A DNA stretch of 62,405 bases, the filler included, from Choristocarpus tenellus KU-1152 (taxonomy: Eukaryota; Protista; Phaeophyceae), in assembly GCA_964200185.2 (NCBI GenBank). It is 12 parts of 12 records of this genome, joined end to end, with 100 filler letters (N's around TTAATTAATTAA, not from the genome) between each part and the next. Parts side by side here need not be neighbours in the genome. Positions count along the whole stretch, not along the records: positions 1 to 6,214 come from CAXNAD020008666.1; positions 6,315 to 12,303 come from CAXNAD020009228.1; 10 more parts are not named here. One strand, given 5' to 3'. This document shows positions 1 to 12,303 of the stretch, one piece after another. How positions within the stretch are numbered: the stretch's first letter is position 1; each line of letters starts with the position of its first letter. A model generated the notes under the pieces. It had not been told where the DNA came from. It was given only the letters and a program-made list of their open reading frames with translations, and did no database searches. The translations under genes were made by a program, and so were the position numbers.

Positions 1-79
1 CCAAAATTACATCAAAATCGCAACATTATATTTCGACCCCCAAATGGACGCAGCTCTACCCTCTAAGATACTTTGGCTC
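1..79 (+). mobile_element. MITE family 1, 3' part (cut by window edge)
   Basis: Ends in CCCCCAAATGGACGC...TACCCTCTAAGATACTTTGGCTC, matching the right end of the full copies. Confidence 0.85.
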
Positions 80-514
80 TCCACCTTGTCCACCCCCTCG
101 GTCTCATCAGTGCCATCAGCTTCTAAACCTTTTCTTCATTTTCGTTTTTCCTAGGGCAACGTACACCCTGCTACCACCACCATCAGATACGATTTTGCTT
201 CTAGGTAGGTCGGTATTCCATTACAGTACACCATCAACCTCATCGACCCCTCTTGTTTCTGTACATGTCCCTCTTCCTCCTCTTCATTTCATCGAAAAGG
301 ACCATGCATGAAGATTGGAGAGGAAACTGTATGATTGAAATTGACAGACCAAGACCATTGACCAGTACATCTAGTATTTTGATACGTTCTTGATAGAGCT
401 GTAAGAGATACAATACGCTGAAATATTTATATTATTTTATCGTTGACTATATTTCAACTCAGTTCCTCGCATTTGAGATACAATCTCATATGTCAAAAAA
501 ATGTAGCTATGATT

Positions 515-789
515 TGAATCGTACTATCCTAGAGATGGAGTAGGGTGTCCATCGGGGGCCTGTCTGAACCTGTAGGGATTTCCATGTCATTTTAGTGAAC
601 GTGTCAGATGTAAGGCCACTTTCCTTCGTCTCAACACGCCTTCCTCTTGCATCCCCTCACCTCAAATAAATCAAAAGGAAAATCCCATCCAAAACAGGCA
701 TCAAACAAACTGGGGTATCTTACGTCACCTCATCAAACCCCCAATGGACAGCCAGGGCTAAACACACACCCCTCTCACATACCATGGCC
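515..789 (+). mobile_element. MITE family 3, degenerate copy
   Basis: GGTGTCCATCGGGGGCCTGTCTGAACC and CAAACTGGGGT blocks recur at 54127-54325; right end CCCCCAATGGAC...CCCTCTCACATACCATGGCC resembles the family 1 right end. Confidence 0.5.
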
Positions 790-1749
790 AATATGTACTT
801 CTCATGTGACTGGTGTCATGCTCCCAATAATATATATCTACTCCATATTGAATCATTTTCCAGCAGTTTGTAGCCACTGTCATTACTGAGCATGAACAAA
901 ATAAACTTGCCACCAAAAACAAGAGTGCTGCTACACAGCCAACCGTATGCCCCCAGTGATTTCCCAAATCATGAAATGTTCTGGGACCTCCACAGTGGTG
1001 AGTGGAATCCCCCAAGCTAGACACGTAGCATCTGCTGTTCTCAGTCCGCTGCAAGTCATCCAGCAAAGAATTGGTATCCCCACAGAACCAATTGGAGCCC
1101 TTAGTACCAAAGAAGAGGAAGCTGTGAAGATGACAGAACAGATAAAACAGTGTGCAAGACTCAAGACTGAGCCCCAACCTGATGGAAGAGGATGCACATT
1201 TCAAGCATGAGAGGAAAGGACAATATATCATTTTCGCCGATGGTAGCAATTACATATATTTGCAGTAAATTCATTGAATACTGAACTTAAGAGCAGAAGA
1301 AAGAACAAACTCCAGCACCACCACATCAAGATGAAGCTGGAGAGACGGTCACTTCTAAAGGGATGCTCAGTCTATCATCTCATTCACAAAGTTTGAGGTT
1401 GGAAATGATACTACTTGAACATACATTTCATCCATCCCTCCGCACCACCAGCACCTGAACAGAAGAGTGGCATTGGTGTCATTTCATATCACTCTCGGTC
1501 CAGACTTGCCTGTTGCTATACTGATACCTACCCTGTGGACTGTCAGGTTCAAGGGAATACACTACCCGAAATGGTTCCACACTTCAAGGGTTCTTTCTAC
1601 TTGTGTGTGTTGTATGATAGTGTTGTGTTATCCTTTTCGAATACTGGGTGAAACTGCTGACACGATAGACATCTACATTGGCTCTAGTCAGCCAGATCAT
1701 TGTGCTTCCATAACTCTAACCCCAGGTCAAGTTATGTGGAAGTACTCAC

Positions 1750-4700
1750 TGTTGAATTGTCCGTAGATTGAAGAAACCCCACCCCATATTCGAACACCAA
1801 GCTGCACACATTGAAGGTGTTATCACCGACTGTTCATTTCTTACGTAGAAGTTTGTATCATGATTCACACTGTGGATCTTGTCTTTGAAGTACCCAACAA
1901 AAGTGTATGCTGAAGAAATATCTGTTGATTGGACAGGAAGAGATTCTTCGGGTGGACACCACTTTGAATTCACAATGGATCATCCAGTGGCACAAACGGT
2001 TATGGTGGTGGGAAGCTATGGTCAGTCCTTGCATTTCAACATGTAACCTAACACAGTGTCAGGTGTGAAGCTATTGCACGAGAATTGCTTGACCCATGAC
2101 ATGCCATCATCAATTCTGTGTTATACTAGTATCGTCAATCAAGGTGAAAGCCTTAAGCCCATTGGGCGTATGATGTTCTATAGGGAGTGCTCCGAGGCAG
2201 TCAGCCTGACACAAGCTCTACCTCTCTCTCTCTCTCTCTCTCCCTCTTGTTGTTTGAATGAAGTTACATGGGTATGCTATTGTGTCTTCTTAGTCAAACT
2301 TAGTCCTAGCTCTAGCAACTCATACGCTACCACCACTTCCTTGACTGGTATCAATAACATGTACTATGGATGTCCTCTCCCTCACACCAGCCAATATTAT
2401 GGATGTTCAAGGGGTCTGGAAAGGTCAAAGGTATACCTTGGTCAAATGGCTCCAACATCCCACAAACAAAGGCTTCCTGTTAGGGATGTAATGTGGACTG
2501 ATGTTTGTCGGACACCAAGAGTCAGCCTGGCTCTATGATCAACTCTTCATGAACTCAACACTTCCTGGAATGTAGTGCCTAATGCGTACAAGTATTTTCA
2601 AGTTGGTAATGCACACTAAAACACGTGACCAAAACACAGGGTACCTTCTCAATGAGATAACAGATGTGCAGGACAATGCTACACACCTGTGCCAAGCACG
2701 AATTGCCATAGTTGAAACAGGACACGCCAGCGCCATCGTACATCATGTTGGTGATGTCACCGTAGAAATCTGAATCACCCAGATTTGTAATTACCACTAC
2801 TGTGGTGACATCAGCATCTGGGTCGACATCTCTGAGAGAAACTGTGTCGATAACAAACAAAAGCAAATATATATATATATATAGATAGATTTATGCATAG
2901 ATGAGAAAGGAGGGTTAGAGGTCCATTGAGCACATATATACATACTAGAGCAACATTTCCCCTTGAAGAAATTCCAGTCGATAGATGCGATGTTAAGAAG
3001 CCCAGTCAGTCACCAGCTATCCACCACCCCTTACCCACAGCAAAATGGGTATGTACGTAACCCTTGAATCCTAACAGAGTACAAGAACAGAGCAAGTCTC
3101 GATAAGCTCTGGGAATCAATTCACTATACTTACCTGGGGGTACTGCAATGAACACGTCATTAGGTAGCTCCACACCATCAATGTTGTTTGTGGAAGAGCG
3201 ACTGCAGCACTGCAGGTAAGCACACAACCTCAGGAACACACGACCAACAGCAGTCAGCTCACTCGTTCCAGCACACAGGAGGTCGAACCCGCCAACTCTG
3301 ATATAATTTCCTCCTTGATCACTAAACCTGAGATGGTTGCATAGATGCTAATCGTCAAGCATGCCCTTTGGGAGAGACACAGCTTGATACACACCATGCA
3401 GAATTCAGACCCACTGTCTCAATGGGTACTTTGTTTGCTTACCGGGCATACATGTAGATGCTGGGGTTGAATTCAAGGTAGGCAAGGGCCTCTGTGATAT
3501 ACAAAGCCTGTGCCTCCTCCGTCATTTGGGACAAACTGTTGTTAGAGGAGAATTCTGATGACCAAATGTACATGCCATACTTGAAGTACCCGTGAAGGTC
3601 TTTGTCCAGGCACTTCATCTAACCCAGGCAACAGCACAATGCGGTTGGGTAGAAGAACAGGGATGCATGGTTTAGGATCACACGTGTGTTTCTGCAGACC
3701 CATATGGTGAAGAGTATTGAGCTGCCTTACCATTCATTCAACGGAACCTTGGTTGCATAAATCTTGACTTTGACTACTTCATTGGAGAGTATGTACTCTT
3801 AGACATTGAATTTCTTGATGGAACTATTCAATGTTGTACACTGTAGGACTAGGACACTCATCCCCACAGTTCACGAAATAACTGTTTCAGGAGGATGGTC
3901 TAGATTGGAGATTAGCCACCAACACAAAGGTGTCACTCTCCCCACCAGACATACTTCAATTGCAGAATTCCTTCACCGCTCAGGCACCCCACCTCATAAG
4001 CATGTGGGTGAATGGCAGGGTGAGTAACGCCACAGCCTCCACTTAGTTGGTGGCACTCTTGAATGGATATGTCCAGTAAGGCATGAGGGTTCTGAAAAGG
4101 CAACATCAAGAACGGAACAAACCTGTTTTCAATAGTTTTTACTCTAAACTCATGTAGAGGGGGAAAGGTGTGGTAATGCAAGGTAACTTGTCCTCAAGAT
4201 CATTGGTCGAGTACAAGGACAGGGGAAACCAAGAAATGACCTTTTTATTAATGAATTAAAAAGCAGCGTACAAGACCACCTACCCCCTGTTTAGAGTTTA
4301 ATATCCAACAGTACTGGATGGTAGGTGAAGATATTGTGTTTCTTCATAGTCTGCTCGTTGGGTAGGAATTGTGAATGTATGTAGAGCAGTATGCAGTTCA
4401 CCTCTTCCAGGCAATCTCCCCCTCAAATATTCATTGCTGGGGACACAGCACCTTCTCCCACCTCTTGAGCAAATGCTTTGACTTTTGACGAAATGCTGAC
4501 CACTTCGATAGGAGAAAGATTGGACTGTTATGAAGCAGGGAGTGGGAGAAGTGAAATGGGGGGGGCACAGACTTGTTGTAGTCACTTCAAGTTGCCAGGG
4601 CAAGTAAGTGTAGGTTGACAGCTGTGCGAAGGTGAACAGCACAAGAGATCCTAAACCTAACCCCAGCAGCAACCCTTACTGTTACCATATCCCGTAATCC

Positions 4701-4885
4701 TCTCCACCAGGAAATGCCGGAATGTTCAAATTTAGGAGATGTCCACAGAGCGAGGAATGGAGCAGTTATTAGTTTAGCAGAATACCCTTGTTCAGACAAT
4801 AGACTACTCTCAACAGCTCAGTGGTACTCACACTATAGCCCCAACAGTGCAGTTGTTGAGGGTACGATTTGGTTTGACGATTCCA
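1750..4885 (-). pseudogene. GH128-type (glycosyl hydrolase catalytic core) beta-1,3-glucanase with C-terminal WSC-like domain, multi-exon, decayed
   Basis: Phase-compatible GT-AG exons 4402-4524 (SNLSPIEVV...VSPAMNI*GGDCLEE, stop at 4423-4425), 3993-4091 (NPHALLD...GCGVTHPAIHPHAYE), 3443-3618 (KYGMYIWSSEF...EALAYLEFNPSIYMYA), 3134-3327 (FSDQGG...SELTAVG) and 2687-2841 match the GH128 motifs QANL.P / SPA / IAIH.Y / PIW.TEF / RYAWF / LT.LG. Exon 1750-1921 (YTFVGYFKD...TPSMCAAWCSNMGWGFF) is WSC-like. Apparent frameshift in the SLCG..ISWW exon (~4686-4780). Confidence 0.75.
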
Positions 4886-5548
4886 TTTGCTGCACGATAA
4901 CGAGCTTCTTTCAATATCGAACATGCGCTGCCTGTTCGAGAAGGATACATCTCTGTGCACCATGCACGCTTCCTCCTTCACCTCGGGGTGACTCCTCCTC
5001 CGGTCGAGTTCGGTGAGGAGATCGTCCGATGTTTCGACCCCTACAAAAACAGGACACGTGATGTGTTAGTCGAGTAGACATTGGATTGTAATGTGGCATT
5101 TCGGCATTGAATGTACAGGTATCCAATATCAAACGGACTTCCTGACAAGTCGTTAGTTTGGAGCAGGAACGAAAATCCACCACCTACCCCAAATGTCGGT
5201 TGCCAGTCGCTCACCTGAGGGAGAGTCGTACCCTCCTGTAACCTCCACCTCCCCAAGGAGGATAGCTGATACCTCCTCATGACCTTTGAGGATTATGTGG
5301 AGGGCATTTATGGCTCGCATATAGTTGCAGTCCTCCACGTATTCTTCATCAGTGAAGGGTACAGGCATCATGACGCAGGGGATAAGCGGAATCTACTGAG
5401 GACAATACTTCTCCGACTGCAAACGTCTCCAGAGTTTGTGGATAAGAGCATCAATTCTATATTTGTTACGGAGTGTTGTCTATTGGACAAACCTCACACG
5501 ATAACGACTAAGGATTCGTTCAATCTTGTTACGAACGTTTCATCACCA

Positions 5549-5880
5549 TATTATTTTGATGCCTTCTGACATTTTGGAGGTGTGTCAGGTAAACGACCAA
5601 TGAAAACTATCCACATGTCAGAAAAACCCCTAAAAAAGTCACATTTGTCATAAATCTAAAAAACCTCACTCTATTTAACTATTTTAGTAACCAGTTATGG
5701 TGTACCACTGCCTTCCTGTGCCTTCAACCTAGCTTAGTCCTTTACCCGAGGGTGAGGAGCTAGGAAATCATCCCAAGAATCTAACACGCCCTGACCCTCC
5801 TTGCCCATCTATCTCCCGAATGTCCCTAGCTTAAAACGCATGACACGTCTAGGCAGGGTCACTTGCGTTGCAACAGATTC
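5549..5880 (-). mobile_element. SINE-like interspersed repeat (body block + stem-loop/(AAT)n tail)
   Basis: Tail block TATTATGCyCTCTGACATTTTCCAGATGTGTCAGAG recurs near 6051, 7178, 7896, 19706, 19930, 31670, 60020 and 62222; body block CTTAGT..GGGTGAGG..CTAGG..CATCCCAAGAATCTAAC recurs at 7340-7455 and 61845-62040. Confidence 0.55.
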
Positions 5881-6214
5881 GTCACCATCAATCATTAAAA
5901 GCGTGTGAATAGACTCGCAGTTTAGTGGGTGGCAAGGTATGACTCATGCAATATGTTGGGAATTCGGTGTGACAATACAGTACGGGGATAAAATGTAAAT
6001 AGATTTTGGAGGGATATTTTCACATTTACGACAACTGTGTGCTTCTTTGTATTATTATGCTCTCTGACATTTTCCAGATGTGCTAATGGAAAAACTAATG
6101 AAAATTATTCACATATCTGGCAAATCCCTAAAGAAGTAACAGTCTACTTTTAACAGAGGATTTTCAAAATTGAGGATGGAGCGGGACTATGAGGATGGTT
6201 GTTGTGCGAAAACG

Positions 6215-6314
6215 NNNNNNNNNNNNNNNNNNNNNNNNNNNNNNNNNNNNNNNNNNNNTTAATTAATTAANNNNNNNNNNNNNNNNNNNNNNNNNNNNNN
6301 NNNNNNNNNNNNNN
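6215..6314. other. Artificial contig spacer (first of 11)
   Basis: N-run/TTAATTAATTAA/N-run, 100 bp; also at 12304, 15572, 19006, 22727, 27908, 31166, 40683, 49187, 54477 and 59028. Confidence 0.98.
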
Positions 6315-6508
6315 TTTTTTTTTTTATATTTTCCTACTCCAAAATATTTCGGAGTAGGTAAAATGTGTACGGTATGAAAAGGTGTGTCCGCAACAAGGAT
6401 ATTGACACTTCCTAACAAATACGATAGCCAAGATTACATCAAAATCCCAACATTGGATTTTGGCCCCCAAATGGACGCGGCTCTACCCTCTAAGAGATAC
6501 TTTGACTC
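6315..6508 (+). mobile_element. MITE family 1, 5'-truncated by gap
   Basis: Internal hairpin TTTTCCTACTCCAAAATATTTCGGAGTAGGTAAAA plus right TIR ending GATACTTTGACTC. Confidence 0.9.
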
Positions 6509-6930
6509 TGCCACCTCCCACACACAGGCAAGCGCAACTCAGAAATCTTGTCAGGGGCAGGGAAGACTGAGGGGTGGTCGATTAGACCTGTGACGCAGCC
6601 ATCTAACTCCCCTAACCTCAATGTCATGGAACTTTCTTCTTCAGATCTTTGAAATGCCAAGTGATGGGGGAGCGGTTTGGATCCGTTGAGGAGATGGAGA
6701 AGGTCATTAGGAAACAGTATGAGGAGTATGATGAAACCATACTTGAGAGGGCTTGGCAGGTCCTTTTTGTGGTGTACAATCAAGTACTTAGATAGAAAGG
6801 GGGGAATGACTTCAGTGTGGAGCACACAGGGGTAAGGAAGAGGCAGTTGTCTGGCGAGCTTGAAAACACGCTGAAGGTAGGCATGGAAGCTTTTTCTGTG
6901 GCTGATCAAATTGGGATGGATGGGGAGTAA
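6509..6930 (+). pseudogene. Tc1/mariner (DD39D, plant/oomycete mariner-like) transposase C-terminal remnant
   Basis: Translates with frameshifts and a stop to A..HTGKRNSEIL...GWSIRPVTQPSNSPNLNVMEL/FFRSLKCQV...ILERAWQVL...GGNDFSVEHTGVRKRQ, matching QP.NSPDLNVLDLGFF and GGNDF..H motifs. Confidence 0.8.
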
Positions 6931-7177
6931 AAATAATAAAATGAGCTGACCCTAACCAGAAATTCGTCAAGGATTCCAAATCTCCTTTTAGAAATGAATT
7001 TCATCATGTTCAAAAGTTATGAACAGCCTAGCACAGAATTATGAGATAAAGATAATATAATATTCTAAAAATAATAATTTATGCAATCTCCTATACCCAA
7101 TGTGCGTCATATTAAACGAGGACGAAAGGGTTGCCCAATTGGTCAACACCACAATCTGATAAATTCCTTACACATTC

Positions 7178-7455
7178 TATTATTATTCCCTCTTACATTT
7201 TGTAGATGTTGTGTCAAAGGAAAAATCAACAAACACTATTATTATGTCAAAATAAAAAACCTAAATATGCAATGGTTGTTTGTAGTAAATGTGAAAAACA
7301 TTGATCTATTCGCTATTTACGAGTTATGTTACACCGTTATGTTACACCGTTCCCTTCCTGTGGCTCTTACGTAACTTAGTCCTATTCTCCAGGAGGATGA
7401 GGGGCTAGGGAGGCATCCCATGAATCTAACAAGCTCCTCCTCCTTGCCGATCTCC
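7178..7455 (-). mobile_element. SINE-like repeat, second near-full copy
   Basis: Tail block followed by body block in the same order as at 5549-5880. Confidence 0.5.
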
Positions 7456-10400
7456 CTGGTTATATATCTGATTTGTGATATGTCAGAGGAAAACATATAT
7501 TTTTATTTCGACCTTTCACATTTTCCAGATGTGTTAGGGGAAGAGTCAATTCAGTATATATTCTTATTCCCTCTGATGTTTCGATCAAAATTCTTTGTGG
7601 GCTTATTGGATGCCTGTTTCTTCTTTGTTCTTTTCTTCGCCTTGCACTCTTCGGTGATGGAGCGTTTTGTTCTGTTGTAGTTCAATTATTTTTTTACGAA
7701 CGTTTTGTTCTGTTGTAATTAGTTCTTTCTTTTCTCTCTTTTCCTCTTCTTGATTTTTGAGTAAAGGAGTGTGTATTGCGTTGTTTAGGCTATGTTTTCT
7801 TTGACAAGTTTGGGATTCATCATACGAACAATCAAATTAATCAAAATTCGACTAGGTGGAATCATTTCAAAGAGTATGATTCACCAATATATTTTATTAT
7901 TATGCCCTGTCTAAACAATGTTATTATGTGAAAGTATTGTAGGTATATGGAGAGGTGTATTGATGTGGGGGTTGATCACAGATCTCAGGACTCTCCACTC
8001 ATATTAGAATTTCAGGATACTTTGGCTATCCACGTTCTTTCTACATCTCTCCTGGACAAATTGCCGAACCTACCTCTGATCTCGCATCGTGTCACATTCA
8101 TGTTTGTGTCCTTAATGATTTTTTCCTAAAATACGGTTTCGTGGTGGGGGACACTCACCCCTTGAGAACGAGCGATGTTTGTGTATTCATTTATCTTCCT
8201 CATCCTCTTTTCCAGAACTCTTGCGTCATCTGATCGTGGGACAGAATCAGACATTTTCTCTTCCACCCTGTTGACTTCTGGTTCCATAGGTCAGTATGGT
8301 TGACCAATTTTATTGATTGCTCGTACTGTGATCGACAATCATCGGGAAACATGGTTGCTGCTGAACACGCTTGCTAATTCGTTGGTAACAGGTGACCATC
8401 TGGGCGACATCGCTCTACTCACCGTGCCAGAAGGCAGTAAACTGGATCCAGCCGTCTCCCTCCAAAGTGATGGACTCATCTTCTGTCCTATCGCCAAGGT
8501 GCACATGCGAATTCTCTATGTGTCGAGACTCCGTCGCAGCTTAAACAGGACAAAGACAAAGCGAGAACTGCCAATCCCAACGCATCGTCTGATACCTTCA
8601 TGATGTTTTTGCGCAAAGCATTGTTCTCATGATGGACGTGCCAAATATGTCTTTGTTCACGTCCACAGCTTACCAGTTTAACCTGACCCCCTTTTCAATC
8701 ATTATGGGTTTGGTTCATGAATACTATCTTGAACTCGTGTCTCCTGGAAGGTAGCGTGTGCGGAATGGCGTAGAGCTCTTCGATGGATGGCGGACGTAGA
8801 GAACTGGGAGACTGGGAATGTGCACAACGTGCACCAGAATGGGCTCACCCTTCTGTCAAGCGAACCCACCGAAGCAATAGAGAAGGAGATGAACAGCAAG
8901 GCCTGGCTCAAGTAAGGAGAGACACAGATATACTCAGGAATTTCAAACTGGTCAACCGTACATGGGTAGTGCTCGTCTCTTGTTCTAGCTGGTTTTCCCT
9001 TGACCTTGTTGACACTCTCCTCCTCGTGGCATATACGATTAGGATCTGGAGCTTGTATGAGGTCACCGAGGCATCTAATGCTCCAAGCAGGAGATACTCT
9101 ACCTTTCCAATCGCTATAAGTCACGCAACATGATAAACCTGATCACAGACCCCTGACCCTGTTCGACGAACCTAGAGTACAATTGCACATTCCTGGCAAC
9201 TTTTTCTCGATGCAATTGACCCACACCACCCTGTCTGTTGTCGTTTGTTGTGCTTTCCCATCAATTGTCCTGACTGTCAGAGTTGTGGTTGTACGGGATC
9301 CAGTGGAGCGCATATTATCGGGCTTCCTCAACAAGTGCCTGTGAGTATAGAAATTAAGTAGGTATAATGTGCTGTAGCTGAAATGGAGAGATCGAAGTAA
9401 ACCAAAAACCCTGCATTGACATTCTTCATTTCCAACACTATGCCTGTTTGGGCATGTTTTGTGGTCGTATATTCGGCTCATGACCAGATCACCTCCTCTC
9501 TCGAAGAGTTACAACACACACAATTTTCTGCACTGATCTCTCCATGTAGCCCTGCCAAAGAGCAAATGCAGGAACGCAAACCATTTTGCCAATATCAACT
9601 AGCTACTTTGGTTGTCTGTTTCGCCAAGGACAGCGAGAGATCTTCTCAATATCTAGTTCAATATGAAGTATATTCTGGAGTACTGCTTAGGGAGATCTTT
9701 TTAACACAATCGTTCATGATGAAATGTTACTGTTCAAAGGTTCTGACATTTTCATATCCACAATCAAATGCGGAGGTAAACTCACTAACTAGCAATGGTG
9801 TCACCTGTTCGTGATTCTTCTCCTGTACGCTTGCCAAAGTGGTAGGCCAGATAAAAAGGCGAAAAAAGAAGGATTCCCTTCCTGTCCCTTCATGTCATGG
9901 ATGCCTGAGCTGTTTGATGGAGAGTCTAGAGCCACCTCAAGAACAAGTGCCAAGTTGAAATGTGGGTCTCAAATGGGAGAGTGACCTCCTAGGAGAAGGA
10001 GAAGGGAGAAAGAGGGGATGTCCCCAAAGAAATTTAGATTTGTTGAAAGAATTGGAGGGGAGGATATGAGGATTGTCAGGATCAAAATAGGGCAACAGAA
10101 CAAAACTATCTGCTAAGCCTTAGTGTCAGGTAAAGCACGATCATTCAACAAGCAGAGAAATTGCATCGTATTACTGTCTATTTTCGAAATAGTTAAATTT
10201 GCTTTGGTCATGGGTGTGTACTATTGTCTGCTTGTCATGCAAATTTTTGCTGTCGTTCACTCACTGTGCTACAATTTGTGTAATTGTTCTCACTCACTTA
10301 TGCTAGCATGTCAAGCCACAGTCTCACATAGTATTCAAGTTCTCAATGATTGGCTCTGCTGCCACAAATTTTTCACGGAGGACCTTTCACCTTCCATTGT

Positions 10401-11270
10401 TTTCATATAGGGTCAATTCGATCTTTACTTTCTCAAATGAAGTTTATGGTGAGAAAATTCCCAAGCAGCAAGGCACTTTATCCCCTTCCTACATGTGGCG
10501 TCCTTGACAGCTGAGGGATACTCCCTATTCTTCAGAAGTGATATCTTGGCACGGATGGCCATGGAGAGAAATATGAACCTGTGCTCCCTTCCATGCCCAC
10601 TTACACCATTTGTTGTGGCAAACATTAACAAGGCATTGTCTTCGTCGTCCCTCCCTCCCTGCTAACTGCACCAACTTCACACAACAGACTTGGCGAAGAC
10701 AGAGCCACAAGAAACATTTGCCCTCTTTGTATCTGCCATTGAGAGGATGATGGACAAGGAAGGGAAGTGCAAGGTCTGTACCCCACATGATTTATTGAGG
10801 CAGTGGTTATCAGCAAGAACATGAGAGCAGTTTTAGTGTTGGTGGCATTGCGTAGGTACAGGTCTCACCTCAAAGGGTAGCAGATATCATTGTTGTCAGG
10901 CGTCTTAAGGTAGGGTCTGTCATGGCCAGAGTCCCATTGACATGAACCATGTATTTGACGTGAAATTGCCAAGGTGGAGCACAAAACAACTTTTCGGAGA
11001 GCATGTCACTTCTGTGCTGGACTTGAGGGCAGATTTGTTTTGTTGAACATGACTTCATCTTATATCTTCAGTTGGCAACCCAAATTTCAATATAGGGTAG
11101 TGTCGAGAGGAGGGACCAGAAAGTAATTGTTGTGTTTTCTGGCAGCAACGTTGAATGGGTAGGGTATGATAACTCTTGGTAAGCACAACCAGCTTGAAAC
11201 GAAGGTCATTCTGTATCAACTGTGATAAGAAACTCATGGCTACCAAACCTGTTCATTTCAGCTTTTTGAT

Positions 11271-11529
11271 GAGTGAAATTATCTTAGAGGGCCAAGCTGT
11301 GTTCGTTTGGGGCCCATAATTCAATGTTGCAATTTTGATGCAATTTTGGCCATCGTGTTTGTTAGGAAGTGTCAATATCCTTGTTCTGGACACACCTTTT
11401 CATAACATACACATTTTTCCTACTCCTACACATTTATAACTAGGTAAAATGTCATAAAAAAACCTGTGGTAAGCCAAGCCCCAAGTGGACAAATAGGGCA
11501 AGACCCGTACATTTAACATATTTTTAGAC
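11271..11529 (-). mobile_element. MITE family 1, full length, diverged
   Basis: 259 bp, reverse orientation, flanked by GAT/GAT. Confidence 0.85.
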
Positions 11530-11939
11530 GATGCCTGTATTTGCACAGTCAGCAGTCCCAGCTAATACCCGGATCTCTTACTTTCGCAGGGCTGAATTGT
11601 TAGGATAGGATACCAATAGTGTGATGTGTATCAAGTTTGGGAATGAAGCGTTTGGGGAGATGATTCAGGCTCATCAGTCATCAATTCTCCCCGTCCCTCT
11701 TTTCTCATTCTGCTTCATGTCCTGCTTTACTTCATGTTTCTATTGCAGATCAACATGCACTTCCAACCTCAGTCTTGTTACTGTGGCTTGACTCAGGTGT
11801 GATGTCTGCCCTCCCCTTATATAATGATTAATATACACAGTGCAAATTGATGGCAGAGATATATGGTCACGAACAGGATTTTTTCCTAGATGCGTTGTTT
11901 TGAATTGAATAGGTGAAGAGTGGTTTTTGTTATGTAGCG

Positions 11940-12124
11940 GGATCAAAGTATCTGGGGGGGGTTGGTGGTGGCTGTCTATTTGGGGTCGATTTTTTCACGT
12001 CGCGATTTTTGTGTGGTTTGGTTGCATACTTCAGATGGATGATGTAAGTGCCCTTTTCCTGGTCATGGCTCAAATGAACACCCTGGTGTAGACCCCCGCC
12101 CCCCCGCCCCAGATACTTTGGGTC
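11940..12124 (+). mobile_element. MITE family 2, full length (~185 bp)
   Basis: TIRs GGATCAAAGTATCTGGGG / CCCCAGATACTTTGGGTC; interior matches 22219-22390 and 38892-39060. Confidence 0.85.
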
Positions 12125-12286
12125 ATTGTTGAATGCTACCAAAACTTGTAGGGTGTCTGTATATATCCTGTTGAATAGTAGAGGGTGCTTAATAAACTGT
12201 CATTAGAAATTGTAGCAAATCAAAATCAGGTTCGAAACATCATCTTTGTTGCTTATGAAATCATTTGAGTGCTTGACTGAGTAGGT

Positions 12287-12303
12287 GGGTCAAAGTATCT
12301 GGG
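12287..12303 (+). mobile_element. MITE family 2 terminus at contig end
   Basis: GGGTCAAAGTATCTGGG immediately before the gap. Confidence 0.7.

Noticed and set aside
3800-4180. LINE reverse transcriptase remnant
   Set aside because: Better explained as a GH128 exon (3993-4091) plus intron
6215-6314. Regularly recurring TTAATTAATTAA palindrome
   Set aside because: Always embedded in fixed-length N runs; an artificial all-frame-stop linker, not biology
8160-11250. Coding-like decayed sequence with scattered splice signals
   Set aside because: No recognisable motif in any frame I translated; cannot assign a product
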